Part shown: positions 28,198-36,015 of the stretch, piece by piece | Layout: every line of letters begins with the position of its first letter | How positions within the stretch are numbered: the stretch's first letter is position 1 | Virus record (IMG/VR): IMGVR_UViG_3300033475_000100 | Location: 1 to 36,015 of that record | From: a virus | Lineage: Duplodnaviria; Caudoviricetes | Reading direction: 5' to 3' (one strand) | Length of the DNA: 36,015 bases | The notes under the pieces: generated by a model | Seen by the model: the letters and a program-made list of their open reading frames with translations, nothing else | Told to the model about the DNA's origin: nothing | Database searches by the model: none | Translations under genes and position numbers: made by a program

Positions 28198-28493
28198 CCT
28201 GGCTGCTGACCGTCACCGGCATCGCGAACATGAGCGGACGCTGGTACGCATTCTGGTCAGGCATCGGCAGCGACATCGGCGAGGCCGCACTGATCGGCGG
28301 CGCGTTCGAGTTCTACCGGCGGCACCTCACCTGCCACGTGGACTCCCCGCGCTTCTGCTGGCGCCCGGCGATCCACCCGGTAGTCGGCACGCCTTACCGC
28401 ACCTGCAAGAAGCATCATCCGGCCGTACCGGACAAGGTCACGGCCGAGCACATCACCGCGGCGCACCACGACGCGCGCAGCCCACAGACCTGA
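28194..28493 (+). CDS. Small protein with a hydrophobic N-terminus and a Cys/His cluster
   Basis: GTGA overlap; WYAFWSGIGSD followed by CH-x6-CW-x-CKKHH. Confidence 0.6.
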   Translation: MTWLLTVTGIANMSGRWYAFWSGIGSDIGEAALIGGAFEFYRRHLTCHVDSPRFCWRPAIHPVVGTPYRTCKKHHPAVPDKVTAEHITAAHHDARSPQT

Positions 28494-28528
28494 CTCGTTC
28501 CCGTCCGCACGATCACGGGGAGCGCGCC

Positions 28529-28969
28529 GTGGCAGATGAAATGAGCCCAGGGGAGATCGGCCGGACCCTGGAGCGGATCGAGCGCCAGCAGCAGGAAGGC
28601 CAGCGGGCGCTCGGCGACAGGATGACGAAGCTGGCCGCGGACATGGTCCCGACCACGCTGTGGTCGGCTGAGCACAAGGCCGTGGTCGACAACGTGCACG
28701 ACCTCGAGGGCGACATGCACGACGCGATCGCGCGTATCGAGTCGACCTCGCAGGAGCGCATGACCACCCTGCGCGGAGAGATCGCAGGCGTGCGCGGCGA
28801 GGTGGCCGCGGTCCGCAAGGGACTGGGCGAGCACAACAAGAAGCACGAGTCGGACAGTTCCTGGTCCCGATCGAAGACGCTGACGGTGGTCGGCATCGTC
28901 GCCACCGTGGCGGCAACGCTCATCGGGGCGTGGATTGCCGCGTTTGCGGCGGCTGGAGGAGTTCGCTGA
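28529..28969 (+). CDS. Coiled-coil protein with a C-terminal TM helix (lysis-cassette membrane protein)
   Basis: GGGGAG RBS then GTG; heptad-rich body; TM segment [25 protein letters not shown]. Confidence 0.75.
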   Translation: MADEMSPGEIGRTLERIERQQQEGQRALGDRMTKLAADMVPTTLWSAEHKAVVDNVHDLEGDMHDAIARIESTSQERMTTLRGEIAGVRGEVAAVRKGLGEHNKKHESDSSWSRSKTLTVVGIVATVAATLIGAWIAAFAAAGGVR

Positions 28970-29838
28970 TGGCGGTGGCCGCGCGCAGGCACAGGACGCT
29001 GGTGGTGGCCGGTGGCGTGTTCGCGGTGGCGGTGCTCGCGCTGATCGCGTTCCTAATCTACTACCTGTTCCTGGCGTCCAATCAGATCAAGGGCCTCGAC
29101 TCTTCGAGCCGTGAGCAGTCGGCACAGGTGGGCACGCTCTCCTCCGCGGTGGACTCGGCGCGGGCGCAGATCCAGTCGCTCGGGGCGACGCCGGTGGTTC
29201 CGGCGCCGTCCGCGATCCTCAAGACCGTGTCGGTGGTCGGCCCGGCCGGCGCGCCGGGTCCTGCCGGTGCGGTCGGAGCCTCCGGGCCAGCCGGGCTCGA
29301 GGGGGCGCCTGGCCCGTCTGGGCCGGCTGGGGCGGCCGGCAGTCCGGGTGCGGCGGGCAGTCCCGGCCCGACCGGCGCTCAGGGTGCCCAGGGCGACCAG
29401 GGCCCGCCGGGCCCCGCCGGTGCAGCGGGGCCGGCCGGACCCGCGGGGCAGGACGGCGCACCCGGGCCGCAAGGGCCCAGCGGGCCGGCTGGGAGCGCGC
29501 CGGCGGGCTGGTCGTGGACCGGCCCGGACGGGGTGAGCTACACGTGCGCCGAGACCGACCAGAGCCCGGCTCCGAACTACACGTGCAGCGCTGCGCCCTC
29601 GGGCCCGACTGCAGCCCCGGGCGCCGGTGCGGCCGCGGCGCAGCTGCACACCGTCGCTGCCGCCGCCCCGAGCACGACCGCGACCACCGCCGGCACGCGC
29701 ACCGTCGCACCCACGCCGCCGCCGCCGACGCCCACCGTCCCGGACCCGACCGGGACGCCCTCGCCGCTCTCTCGCCTCCTCGCCGCGCTCGGCATCCCCG
29801 TCTGGCGCCGCGCCGACTACTTCCTGACCGGAGACTGA
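28969..29838 (+). CDS. Membrane-anchored collagen-like protein
   Basis: TGATG coupling; N-terminal TM, short coiled coil, 29 consecutive Gly-X-Y triplets, a YTC..YTC mini-domain and a P/T-rich tail. Confidence 0.85.
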   Translation: MAVAARRHRTLVVAGGVFAVAVLALIAFLIYYLFLASNQIKGLDSSSREQSAQVGTLSSAVDSARAQIQSLGATPVVPAPSAILKTVSVVGPAGAPGPAGAVGASGPAGLEGAPGPSGPAGAAGSPGAAGSPGPTGAQGAQGDQGPPGPAGAAGPAGPAGQDGAPGPQGPSGPAGSAPAGWSWTGPDGVSYTCAETDQSPAPNYTCSAAPSGPTAAPGAGAAAAQLHTVAAAAPSTTATTAGTRTVAPTPPPPTPTVPDPTGTPSPLSRLLAALGIPVWRRADYFLTGD

Positions 29839-29839
29839 T

Positions 29840-30835
29840 ATGACCCTCAAGGGCTGCGACTACGCGTTCGCCCAGCCGTCCGTCGCCGCACTGACCGCGG
29901 CCGGCGTGAAGTTCGTGTGCCGGTACCTGTCGACCGACCCCGCCAAGAACCTCTCCGCGGCCGAGCGCGATGCGCTCCACAAGGCGGGGATATCGATCGT
30001 GCTCGTGTGGGAGACCACCGGCACCTCCCCGAAGGCCGGGTACGCGCAGGGCCTGGATGAGGCCCGCACCGCCCGCGCGCAGGCGACCGCGCTCGGCTGC
30101 CCGACCAGCGTGCCGATCTACTACGCGGTCGACTTCCAGCCGACCGGCGCGCAGCTGAGCGACGTGCTCGACTACCTGCACGGCGCTTCCGACGCCGAAG
30201 GCAGCAAGGACCGGGTCGGCCCGTACGGCTCGTACGAGGTCATCGAGGCGGCGGCCGCGGCCGGGTACGCGTTGCTGTGGCAGACCTACGCCTGGTCGTC
30301 CGGCAAGTGGGCGTCGCAGACCACGATCCGCCAGACCCTGAACGGCACGCACATCGGCGGCGCGGAGGTCGACCTCGACGAGGCCACGGCCGGGAACTAT
30401 GGCCAGTGGACGCCTGCCGCCACGACGCCGCCGAAGCCGCCGGCCACGCCGGGGCGGCCGCAGGTGGTGAAGGGCAACTCCGGGTACTGGGTGGAGGTCG
30501 TCCAGCGGTCGGTGATGCTCGCCGGCTGCGACCCGCACGGTGTGGACGGGAAGTTCGGGGGCAACACGTTCACCGCGGTCGAGGCGGCGCAGAAGGCGCT
30601 CGGGGCGCGCGTGGACGGGCAGGTGGGCCCGGAGACCTGGAGCAAGCTCGAGGCGCGCACGCTGGTGGTGCAGCGGGCGCTGGCCGGGCACGGATACGGG
30701 GCGGGCGGCACCGACTCGGTGGCCGGCCCGGACACTGCCGCCTCCGTGGTCTCGTTCCAGAAGGCGAAGCGGCTGCTTGCCGACGGGCTGGTCGGCAAGA
30801 ACACGTCGAAGGCGCTCGGGATCGCCGCCGCCTGA
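29840..30835 (+). CDS. Endolysin: Rv2525c/DUF1906-like glycoside hydrolase + peptidoglycan-binding repeats
   Basis: FVCRYLS-x-KNL, IVLVWET, IYYAVD, GPYG and WQTYAWS motifs; PGBD motifs VDGKFG-x-T, VDGQVGPETW and ADGLVGKNT. Confidence 0.9.
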   Translation: MTLKGCDYAFAQPSVAALTAAGVKFVCRYLSTDPAKNLSAAERDALHKAGISIVLVWETTGTSPKAGYAQGLDEARTARAQATALGCPTSVPIYYAVDFQPTGAQLSDVLDYLHGASDAEGSKDRVGPYGSYEVIEAAAAAGYALLWQTYAWSSGKWASQTTIRQTLNGTHIGGAEVDLDEATAGNYGQWTPAATTPPKPPATPGRPQVVKGNSGYWVEVVQRSVMLAGCDPHGVDGKFGGNTFTAVEAAQKALGARVDGQVGPETWSKLEARTLVVQRALAGHGYGAGGTDSVAGPDTAASVVSFQKAKRLLADGLVGKNTSKALGIAAA

Positions 30836-30855
30836 CCCCGCCGTGAGGCTCCTGT

Positions 30856-30898
30856 CCCCGTCGTCGGCCCGCCCGGGTCGGCGGCGGGGGCGCTTTCT
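30856..30898 (+). terminator. Late-operon terminator
   Basis: 15-bp stem with three G-U pairs (CCCCGTCGTCGGCCC/GGGTCGGCGGCGGGG) followed by GCGCTTTCT. Confidence 0.7.
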
Positions 30899-31052
30899 GC
30901 GTGTCCGGACCTGGGTGCAGGGGTGTTGGCCACGGCTGGCCACCGAGTGGCCAGAGCCCGAGTAACCGCTGGTGGAATGTAGGGGAATCTGGGAGCATCA
31001 TGGGCGTGGCGGAGCATCGGCCCTGTTCCCGCAGGTGGGAGGGCAGGATGTG

Positions 31053-31078
31053 ACGGGTTCAAATCCCGTCTCCACCTC
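31053..31078 (+). other. attP: attP core: 3' end of a tRNA, probably tRNA-Cys
   Basis: ACGGG-TTCAAAT-CCCGT (T-arm), CTCCACC acceptor strand and U discriminator; matches my recollection of the streptomycete tRNA-Cys(GCA) 3' end. No 5' tRNA half is present; adjacent to the integrase. Confidence 0.82.
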
Positions 31079-31087
31079 AAATGATCA

Positions 31088-31117
31088 AGGCTCTGACCAG
31101 CGGTCAGAGCCTATTTT
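31088..31117 (+). terminator. Intrinsic terminator directly after the att core
   Basis: AGGCTCTGACC-AGC-GGTCAGAGCCT (11-bp perfect stem) followed by ATTTT. Confidence 0.75.
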
Positions 31118-31197
31118 CATGATTGAGCCCTGTCGAGTGGCCACGAAAATGGCCAAGCTACGGAAACGATCACTGATTCAGGGCCAGAATCATGCCC

Positions 31198-32601
31198 ATG
31201 GCGGCTGTAGAGAAGCGTGAGAACAAGGACGGCACGACCACCTACTGGGTGCGCTGGCGACAGCCCGGCGAGTCCGCGAAACAGAACGAACCGTTCACCG
31301 GAGACGACCCGGAAGACTCCCGCCGGCGCGCCGAACGGTTCAAGCTCGATGTCGAGCTCGCCGGCGGCCGCTGGCCGAAGCTCTACTTCCCGCGCGTGGG
31401 CTACGTGAGCCAGTCGCAGTGGGACAAGCTGATGACCCCGGCCGAGCAGGACGCGCAGCGGCGCGCCGCCGTGCCGCTGCTCGATTACTGCCGGGACCGG
31501 GTGGGCCGGCTGACGGGTATCCAGGCACGCACCCGCTCTGACTACTTCCGGCTGATCGAGAACTACATCGCGCCGTTCGGCGCGTTCCAGCGCGCGGATG
31601 TCGCGGACCCGGACACCCTGTCCGACGACCACGTCGCCGAGTGGATCAACTGGCTCGAGGCCGGCGAGGCCGACCCGGACGACGAGGGCGCGTGGCTGCG
31701 GGCCCCTAAGAGCCCGAAGACGATCGCGAACGTGCACGGGTTGCTCTACCAGTGCCTCGAGCACGCGGTGCGCAGGGAGCGGCCGCTGCGCAAGGTCAAC
31801 CCGTGCGCGACCACGCGGCTGCCGAAGCTGGATGACCGCACCGGGGAGGAGATGGTGTTCCTGACCCCGCAGGAGTGCGGGATCCTGTGGCGGGCCGCGG
31901 ACCCTCTCGCCCGTGACGTCATCACGATCGCGCTCGGCACCGCGGCGAGGTTCGGCGAGTTCACGGCGTTCCAGTGCGGCGACTTCGACTTCGCGACGAC
32001 ACCGGCGGCCGCGCGCATCGACCGGGCGTGGAAGCGCACGAACCTCAAGGCCGAGCGGCTCAAGCTGGGGCCGCCGAAGTCGGATGCCGGACGCCGGACG
32101 GTGACCCTGGATCAGATCACTGTGGAGGCCGTGCAGCGGCGGATCGGGGACCGGGCACCGAGCGCGTTCCTGCTCCTGGACCGGGCCGGACGGCACCTGA
32201 CCCACGGCACGTTCTACGGCCCGCACTGGCAGCCGACCCTGTACAAGGCGGTGCGGTGCGAGCAGCACCGGCAGCAGGACCGGGACGAGGGACGCCTGAT
32301 CAAGGGCGAGATGGTGCGGTACGTCAGCCGCCGGCAACTGTCGATGCAGTGGATCGTGCCGTGCGGCTGCCCCGGGACGCTGCGGAAGGTGCCGCGGATC
32401 CACGACCTGCGGCACACCGCGGTCTCGATCCTGATCGCGAAGAACGTGCCCTTGTCGGCCATCGCGCGGCGCGTGGGCCACGAGTCGATCGTGACCACAG
32501 ACAAGGTGTACGGGCACCTGCTGCCCGAGCTCGATACCCGGCAGGCCGACGCGATGCTAGGCGCGCTCCAGCACCTGTCCGGGCTCGAACTCGTGGCCTG
32601 A
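31198..32601 (+). CDS. int: Tyrosine integrase; alternative start at 31192
   Basis: N-terminal arm-binding YWVRWR; catalytic R (TAARFGE), K (PPKS), HDLRH, VGH and Y (DKVYGH). CAGAAT 7 nt before ATG 31198 suggests leaderless expression. Confidence 0.95.
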   Translation: MAAVEKRENKDGTTTYWVRWRQPGESAKQNEPFTGDDPEDSRRRAERFKLDVELAGGRWPKLYFPRVGYVSQSQWDKLMTPAEQDAQRRAAVPLLDYCRDRVGRLTGIQARTRSDYFRLIENYIAPFGAFQRADVADPDTLSDDHVAEWINWLEAGEADPDDEGAWLRAPKSPKTIANVHGLLYQCLEHAVRRERPLRKVNPCATTRLPKLDDRTGEEMVFLTPQECGILWRAADPLARDVITIALGTAARFGEFTAFQCGDFDFATTPAAARIDRAWKRTNLKAERLKLGPPKSDAGRRTVTLDQITVEAVQRRIGDRAPSAFLLLDRAGRHLTHGTFYGPHWQPTLYKAVRCEQHRQQDRDEGRLIKGEMVRYVSRRQLSMQWIVPCGCPGTLRKVPRIHDLRHTAVSILIAKNVPLSAIARRVGHESIVTTDKVYGHLLPELDTRQADAMLGALQHLSGLELVA

Positions 32602-32617
32602 CCGGGACGGCTCGGCC

Positions 32618-33331
32618 CTATTCGGCGGACTTACGTAGGGCCGAGCCGTTGACCTTGCCGTTCGCGCCGTTGATGGCGCGCAGCGGCGTCACCACCTTGC
32701 GGGCGCGGCGCGCCTCGATCTCGGCCTGGATCGCGTCGAGGTCGTAGCGCAGTTCGGCGGTGTCGTCCGCGCCGGCGATCAGCGAGTGGACGCGCTCCTC
32801 TCGGGCCTCGTTCGTGCGGCCGACGGCCAGCAGGCAAGCGATCCAGCCGCGCTCCTCCCCCTCGGCGCCGGCCGTGGCCCGGTCATACGAGCGGCGGGCG
32901 ATGGCTTGGGCCGCGTTGCCGGACTGGATGGCGAACGCCAGCGGAAGGATCAGCAGGAACACCGCGATCAGCACTTTGTCGTGCATCTGCCCGCAGGCAA
33001 GTAGCACGGTCACGAGCCCGGCTGCGGTGTAGGAGCCGACCGCCACGCGCTCGCAGGCGCGCGGGCTCGGCTCGGTCCCGAGTAAGTGCAGGGCCAGCAT
33101 GGGCTGCCCGACGCAGCCGAGCCCGATCAGCCAGCATTCGCCGAGCGTAAACCCCATGGCGCCGACGGCCAGGTCGTGGCGCGCGAAGAGCGTGAGCAGT
33201 GCGATCGCGAGGACCCACATGCTCGCTCCGACCGCTCCGACGACGCGGGGGTGGTTCTCGGTGACGCGCCCGATGAGGGTGCAGGGCGCGGCTGGTGCTG
33301 GTTTTGGATTGTGCGCAGCGTCGATTGCCAC
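32618..33331 (-). CDS. Four-TM membrane protein with a charged helical C-terminus
   Basis: GGAG-N5-GTG start at 33331; about four hydrophobic segments; co-oriented with the repressor. Confidence 0.65.
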   Translation of the reverse strand: MAIDAAHNPKPAPAAPCTLIGRVTENHPRVVGAVGASMWVLAIALLTLFARHDLAVGAMGFTLGECWLIGLGCVGQPMLALHLLGTEPSPRACERVAVGSYTAAGLVTVLLACGQMHDKVLIAVFLLILPLAFAIQSGNAAQAIARRSYDRATAGAEGEERGWIACLLAVGRTNEAREERVHSLIAGADDTAELRYDLDAIQAEIEARRARKVVTPLRAINGANGKVNGSALRKSAE

Positions 33332-33488
33332 TTGATCTCCAGTAGGCGCGAATTGTGCGCCGCGCGCCCGTCGGGCTCCCACCGCGCGCCGCGCACTCAG
33401 AGTCGCATGCTACCGCCAGAGTGTGGATACGGGAGAGTATTCACCTGACTGAGTGACAGATTCGTTCCCTGCCGTTCCGTCGCGTGTG

Positions 33489-33989
33489 CTATGAGGCGCT
33501 TCGCCCGCCCTGTGCCTCGCCGGTGGCCTTCGCCTTCTCGGCCTTGGCTTCGGCGGCGAGCAGGAGGTCGTCGGCGCCGGAGAGTACGCCATCGATGATG
33601 GCGCGCGCCTCTGGTTCCGGCGCCCCTTCGGTGATCTCGCGCGCCTTCGCGGTGAGCGCCTCGCGCACCCCTGGCGCGACCTTGCCGAGGGTGCGTTCCC
33701 AGTGGTCGGCGATCTCGTTGTAGCCGGCGGTGCGCAACGTGTCCGGGGCGGGCAGATCGAACAGTTCGGCGAAGCGCAGCGCGGATTCGGGGGCGGGGCC
33801 GGTCTCGGCCTTGAGCCAGCGGGCGGCGTCGCCTCGTTTGACGGATGGCCGGTCGATCATGCGGGCGAGCGCGGCGGCGCTGGGCACTTGATGGATGTCC
33901 ATCTGCGCCTTGACGAGTCTGGCCCAGTTCTGGCGGTCCTGTTCGGCCGTGTCGCGGGCGCGGCCGGGTTTTTTTTCTGCGGTGGGCAC
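33489..33989 (-). CDS. Immunity repressor (XRE/CI-like HTH)
   Basis: SAAALARMI-x-AARWLKAETGPAPESALRFAELFDLP-x-LRTAGY; GAGG RBS; divergent from the Cro-like gene. Confidence 0.75.
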   Translation of the reverse strand: MPTAEKKPGRARDTAEQDRQNWARLVKAQMDIHQVPSAAALARMIDRPSVKRGDAARWLKAETGPAPESALRFAELFDLPAPDTLRTAGYNEIADHWERTLGKVAPGVREALTAKAREITEGAPEPEARAIIDGVLSGADDLLLAAEAKAEKAKATGEAQGGRSAS

Positions 33990-34058
33990 TGCTGCTACCT
34001 CGGGGAAGTGAGGCCGGGTGGGGGCGGTCAGCGGGAGTCTATTACACGATCATGAAGT

Positions 34059-34260
34059 TGTTGCGTACGCGCATCAGATGTCTGGGTGGCGCCATGATGC
34101 GCCACCCATCGTGGCATAACAGGGCTCTCACAGAACTGGAGCAGGCGCGCAGGTCGGGCGCAAGGGCGCGCGGAAGCGTGCAACTTGCTGGTGCGTTTAC
34201 GCAACAGATCCCCTTGACGCCGTCCGCGAGCTGGGGCTAGCGTGTAGCGTGCACGCAACA
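34059..34260. promoter_or_regulatory. Three 18-bp operator-like imperfect palindromes (ideal TGTTGCGT-NN-ACGCAACA)
   Basis: 34059-34076 (reverse complement TGATGCGCGTACGCAACA), 34189-34206 TGGTGCGTTTACGCAACA, 34243-34260 TGTAGCGTGCACGCAACA. Confidence 0.8.
34214..34243 (+). promoter_or_regulatory. Rightward early promoter (primary sigma type)
   Basis: TTGACG-N18-TAGCGT upstream of the Cro-like gene, bracketed by two operators. Confidence 0.75.
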
Positions 34261-34301
34261 CAGTGAGTCTGACCTGCTGGCATTCCCTCCCAGGAGCCTT
34301 C

Positions 34302-34634
34302 ATGCCCGCGACCCTCCCGTACAAGTTCCAGTGGAAGCCGGATGGCCTCAACCGCATGGCCGACGCCATCGGCCCCGAGGCCTACCGTGGCGGCCACGAC
34401 GGACAGCCCAACAAGACGATCATGTTGGGCGCGAGTGCCCGAAGCACCGCCTCCCGAATCATCAACGGGGTCACCGAGCCGTCCGGGGACGCGGTGGCCA
34501 CCGCGGCGATGCGTCACGCCGAGAAGCGCGGCATCCCGTGGGAAGAGGCCCTGGCCGAACTGGTCGTCATCGTTCCGGCCGGTCGCCCAGCGCTGACCGC
34601 GTCCGCCGGCGAGGCCGAGCAGGTCGCCGCGTGA
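34302..34634 (+). CDS. Cro-like HTH protein
   Basis: AGGAG RBS then ATG 34302; LGASARSTASRIINGVTEPS; first gene after the early promoter. Confidence 0.65.
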   Translation: MPATLPYKFQWKPDGLNRMADAIGPEAYRGGHDGQPNKTIMLGASARSTASRIINGVTEPSGDAVATAAMRHAEKRGIPWEEALAELVVIVPAGRPALTASAGEAEQVAA

Positions 34635-34930
34635 GCACCGAGACCGTCGAGTTGGCGGAGCCGGAGTGGATGAACGTCGACCAGATGCTCGCGCACTACG
34701 GCATCAAGAAGCGGCGCTGGCTGACCGACCGGCTCAGCAAGAAGCACCCGGACCACATCCAGCATCACCGGTTCCTCGAGCCGATGTTCAACCGCGCGGA
34801 CCGTGCGCTGTTCGAGGACACGCACCTGCGCTCCACCAGGCAGCAGACCGCGCCGGCCATGCCGGACCGGCCCGAGTTTGACCCGGCGCTGGTGGCCAAG
34901 GGCCGCCGCGTCCTGGACCGGGCCTCCTAG
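34631..34930 (+). CDS. Excisionase-like (MerR-type winged HTH) protein
   Basis: GTGA overlap; EWMNVDQMLAHYGIKKRRWL ... PMFNRAD pattern; typical position. Confidence 0.55.
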   Translation: MSTETVELAEPEWMNVDQMLAHYGIKKRRWLTDRLSKKHPDHIQHHRFLEPMFNRADRALFEDTHLRSTRQQTAPAMPDRPEFDPALVAKGRRVLDRAS

Positions 34931-35011
34931 CAGCACGAAAGAGCCGCCCGGCCCGGATGCGACCCGGGCGCAAGGCGGCGAAACAACCACCGATCAGTCA
35001 AAGAGAGGTAG

Positions 35012-35263
35012 GTGGCCGTGTCCATCACGGTAACCCCCGCACCCCCGGTGAGCAACAAGCCGACCGCGTCTATGAGCTACCTCGAGCGGCGCGAGAAGGT
35101 CGCCCGCCTCGTGCAGGTGCTCGCCGACTACCCGGAGGAGCTCACGCGGGCCGTGCGCGCCGCGGACAACTACCGTTCGACGCTGAGCAGCGGCGACTAC
35201 GAGGCCCTCTGGGTCGCAGCCGAGGACCTGCTGCTCGAGCACGACATTCAGGTCGGCCGGTGA
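35012..35263 (+). CDS. Hypothetical early protein
   Basis: AGAGAGG RBS, high GC3, GTGA overlap with the next gene. Confidence 0.65.
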   Translation: MAVSITVTPAPPVSNKPTASMSYLERREKVARLVQVLADYPEELTRAVRAADNYRSTLSSGDYEALWVAAEDLLLEHDIQVGR

Positions 35264-36015
35264 CCACGCAGACGCTCGCGCCGGTGGCCGACAACGTCCG
35301 CGACGGTGAGATCAGCGAAGACGCGCCCGCCGTCCCCGAGGTCGAGGTCACCGGGCCCGGTGTGTACGGCGACATGCCCTTCGAGCAGTACCTCGCTCGG
35401 CCGGAGTTGTCCTCGACGGACCTGCTCAAGCTCGTCGAGGACTGCCCGGCGATGTTCAAGTGGGACAAGGCCAACCCGGCCCCGCCGAAGAAGGAGTTCG
35501 ACTTCGGGAGCGTCGCGCACAAGCTGATCCTCGGCGAGGGCAAGCAGGTCAAGGTCCTCAAGGATTCCAGGGGTGCGCCCTTCGAGGACATGCGCTCGGG
35601 CGCTGCGCGCGAGGCGAAGGAACGCGCCTACGCGAACGGCCAGATCCCGATCCTTCAGAAGGACTACGCACACGCGACGGCGATGGCCTGGCAGGTCCAG
35701 CACCACCCGATCGCGGCCGGCCTGCTGACCGAGGGCAAGCCCGAGCAGTCGGCGTTCTGGAAGGACCCGCGTACCCAAGTTGACATGCGCTGCCGCTTCG
35801 ACTGGCTGCGCGAGCGGCGCGACCCGCGCCTGATCATCGTGGACTACAAGACCACGTCGAAGGGCCTCGGCTCATTCGCCCTCGAGCGCACCATCTACGA
35901 GCACGGATATCACCAGCGGATGGCGCACTACCGCGACGGCGCGATCGTGCTCGGCCTCGGTGATGAGACGACCGTCATCAACCTGATCTTCCAGATGACG
36001 AAGCCGCCGTACCTG
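35260..36015 (+). CDS. RecE/exonuclease VIII-like PD-(D/E)XK nuclease (DUF3799-type), 3'-truncated; not in the ORF track
   Basis: Own translation gives PGVYGDMP, LSST, FDFGSVAH, PEQSAFW, RCRFDWL, IVDYKTT and HGYHQRMAHY; runs off the window end. Confidence 0.88.
   Translation, partial: MTTQTLAPVADNVRDGEISEDAPAVPEVEVTGPGVYGDMPFEQYLARPELSSTDLLKLVEDCPAMFKWDKANPAPPKKEFDFGSVAHKLILGEGKQVKVLKDSRGAPFEDMRSGAAREAKERAYANGQIPILQKDYAHATAMAWQVQHHPIAAGLLTEGKPEQSAFWKDPRTQVDMRCRFDWLRERRDPRLIIVDYKTTSKGLGSFALERTIYEHGYHQRMAHYRDGAIVLGLGDETTVINLIFQMTKPPYL

Larger units (their letters stand above)
30927..31156. repeat. TGGCCA(C) repeats flanking the att core; putative integrase arm-binding sites
   Basis: Copies at 30927, 30937 and 30948 (left), and 31138 and 31150 (right), spaced 10-12 bp apart. 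Confidence 0.6.
1..36015. mobile_element. Temperate actinobacteriophage genome segment (siphovirus-like), apparently not integrated
   Basis: Continuous packaging-head-tail-lysis-att-int-repressor-early gene synteny; no host genes recognised. Confidence 0.95.

Noticed and set aside
29239-29500. DNA tandem repeat or CRISPR-like array
   Set aside because: The periodicity is explained by collagen Gly-X-Y codons. I saw no repeat-spacer array or cas gene anywhere in the window.
31000-31080. Complete tRNA gene
   Set aside because: Only the T-arm and 3' acceptor strand are present. No matching 5' acceptor, D-arm or anticodon arm at the right spacing, so it is treated as an att core.
34931-35011. 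GC-rich imperfect hairpin after the xis-like gene
   Set aside because: The stem is interrupted and has no clear + strand U tract, so it is too weak to call.

Overview
The window is a continuous segment of a temperate, long-tailed (siphovirus-type) phage of a high-GC actinobacterial host, probably Streptomycetaceae/Catenulisporales-like. From left to right it holds: small pre-packaging genes; two tandem ParB-domain DNA methyltransferases; TerS/TerL; a portal fused to a MuF-like protein; protease/scaffold; a major capsid with an Fn3-like insert; connector and tail genes, including an internally duplicated tail chaperone with a probable -1 frameshift; tape measure; an antisense moron (SHOCT-like domain plus tandem FtsK-gamma domains); a large modular minor tail protein; a lysis cassette; an attP-like site matching the 3' end of tRNA-Cys; tyrosine integrase; repressor/Cro switch with three 18-bp operators; Xis-like gene; and a truncated RecE-like exonuclease. 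Phage genes lie on both sides of the tRNA fragment, so this looks like the excised or virion form rather than an integrated prophage. The best candidate for a new system is the stand-alone FtsK-gamma moron. All family calls come from motif recognition by eye; no searches were run.
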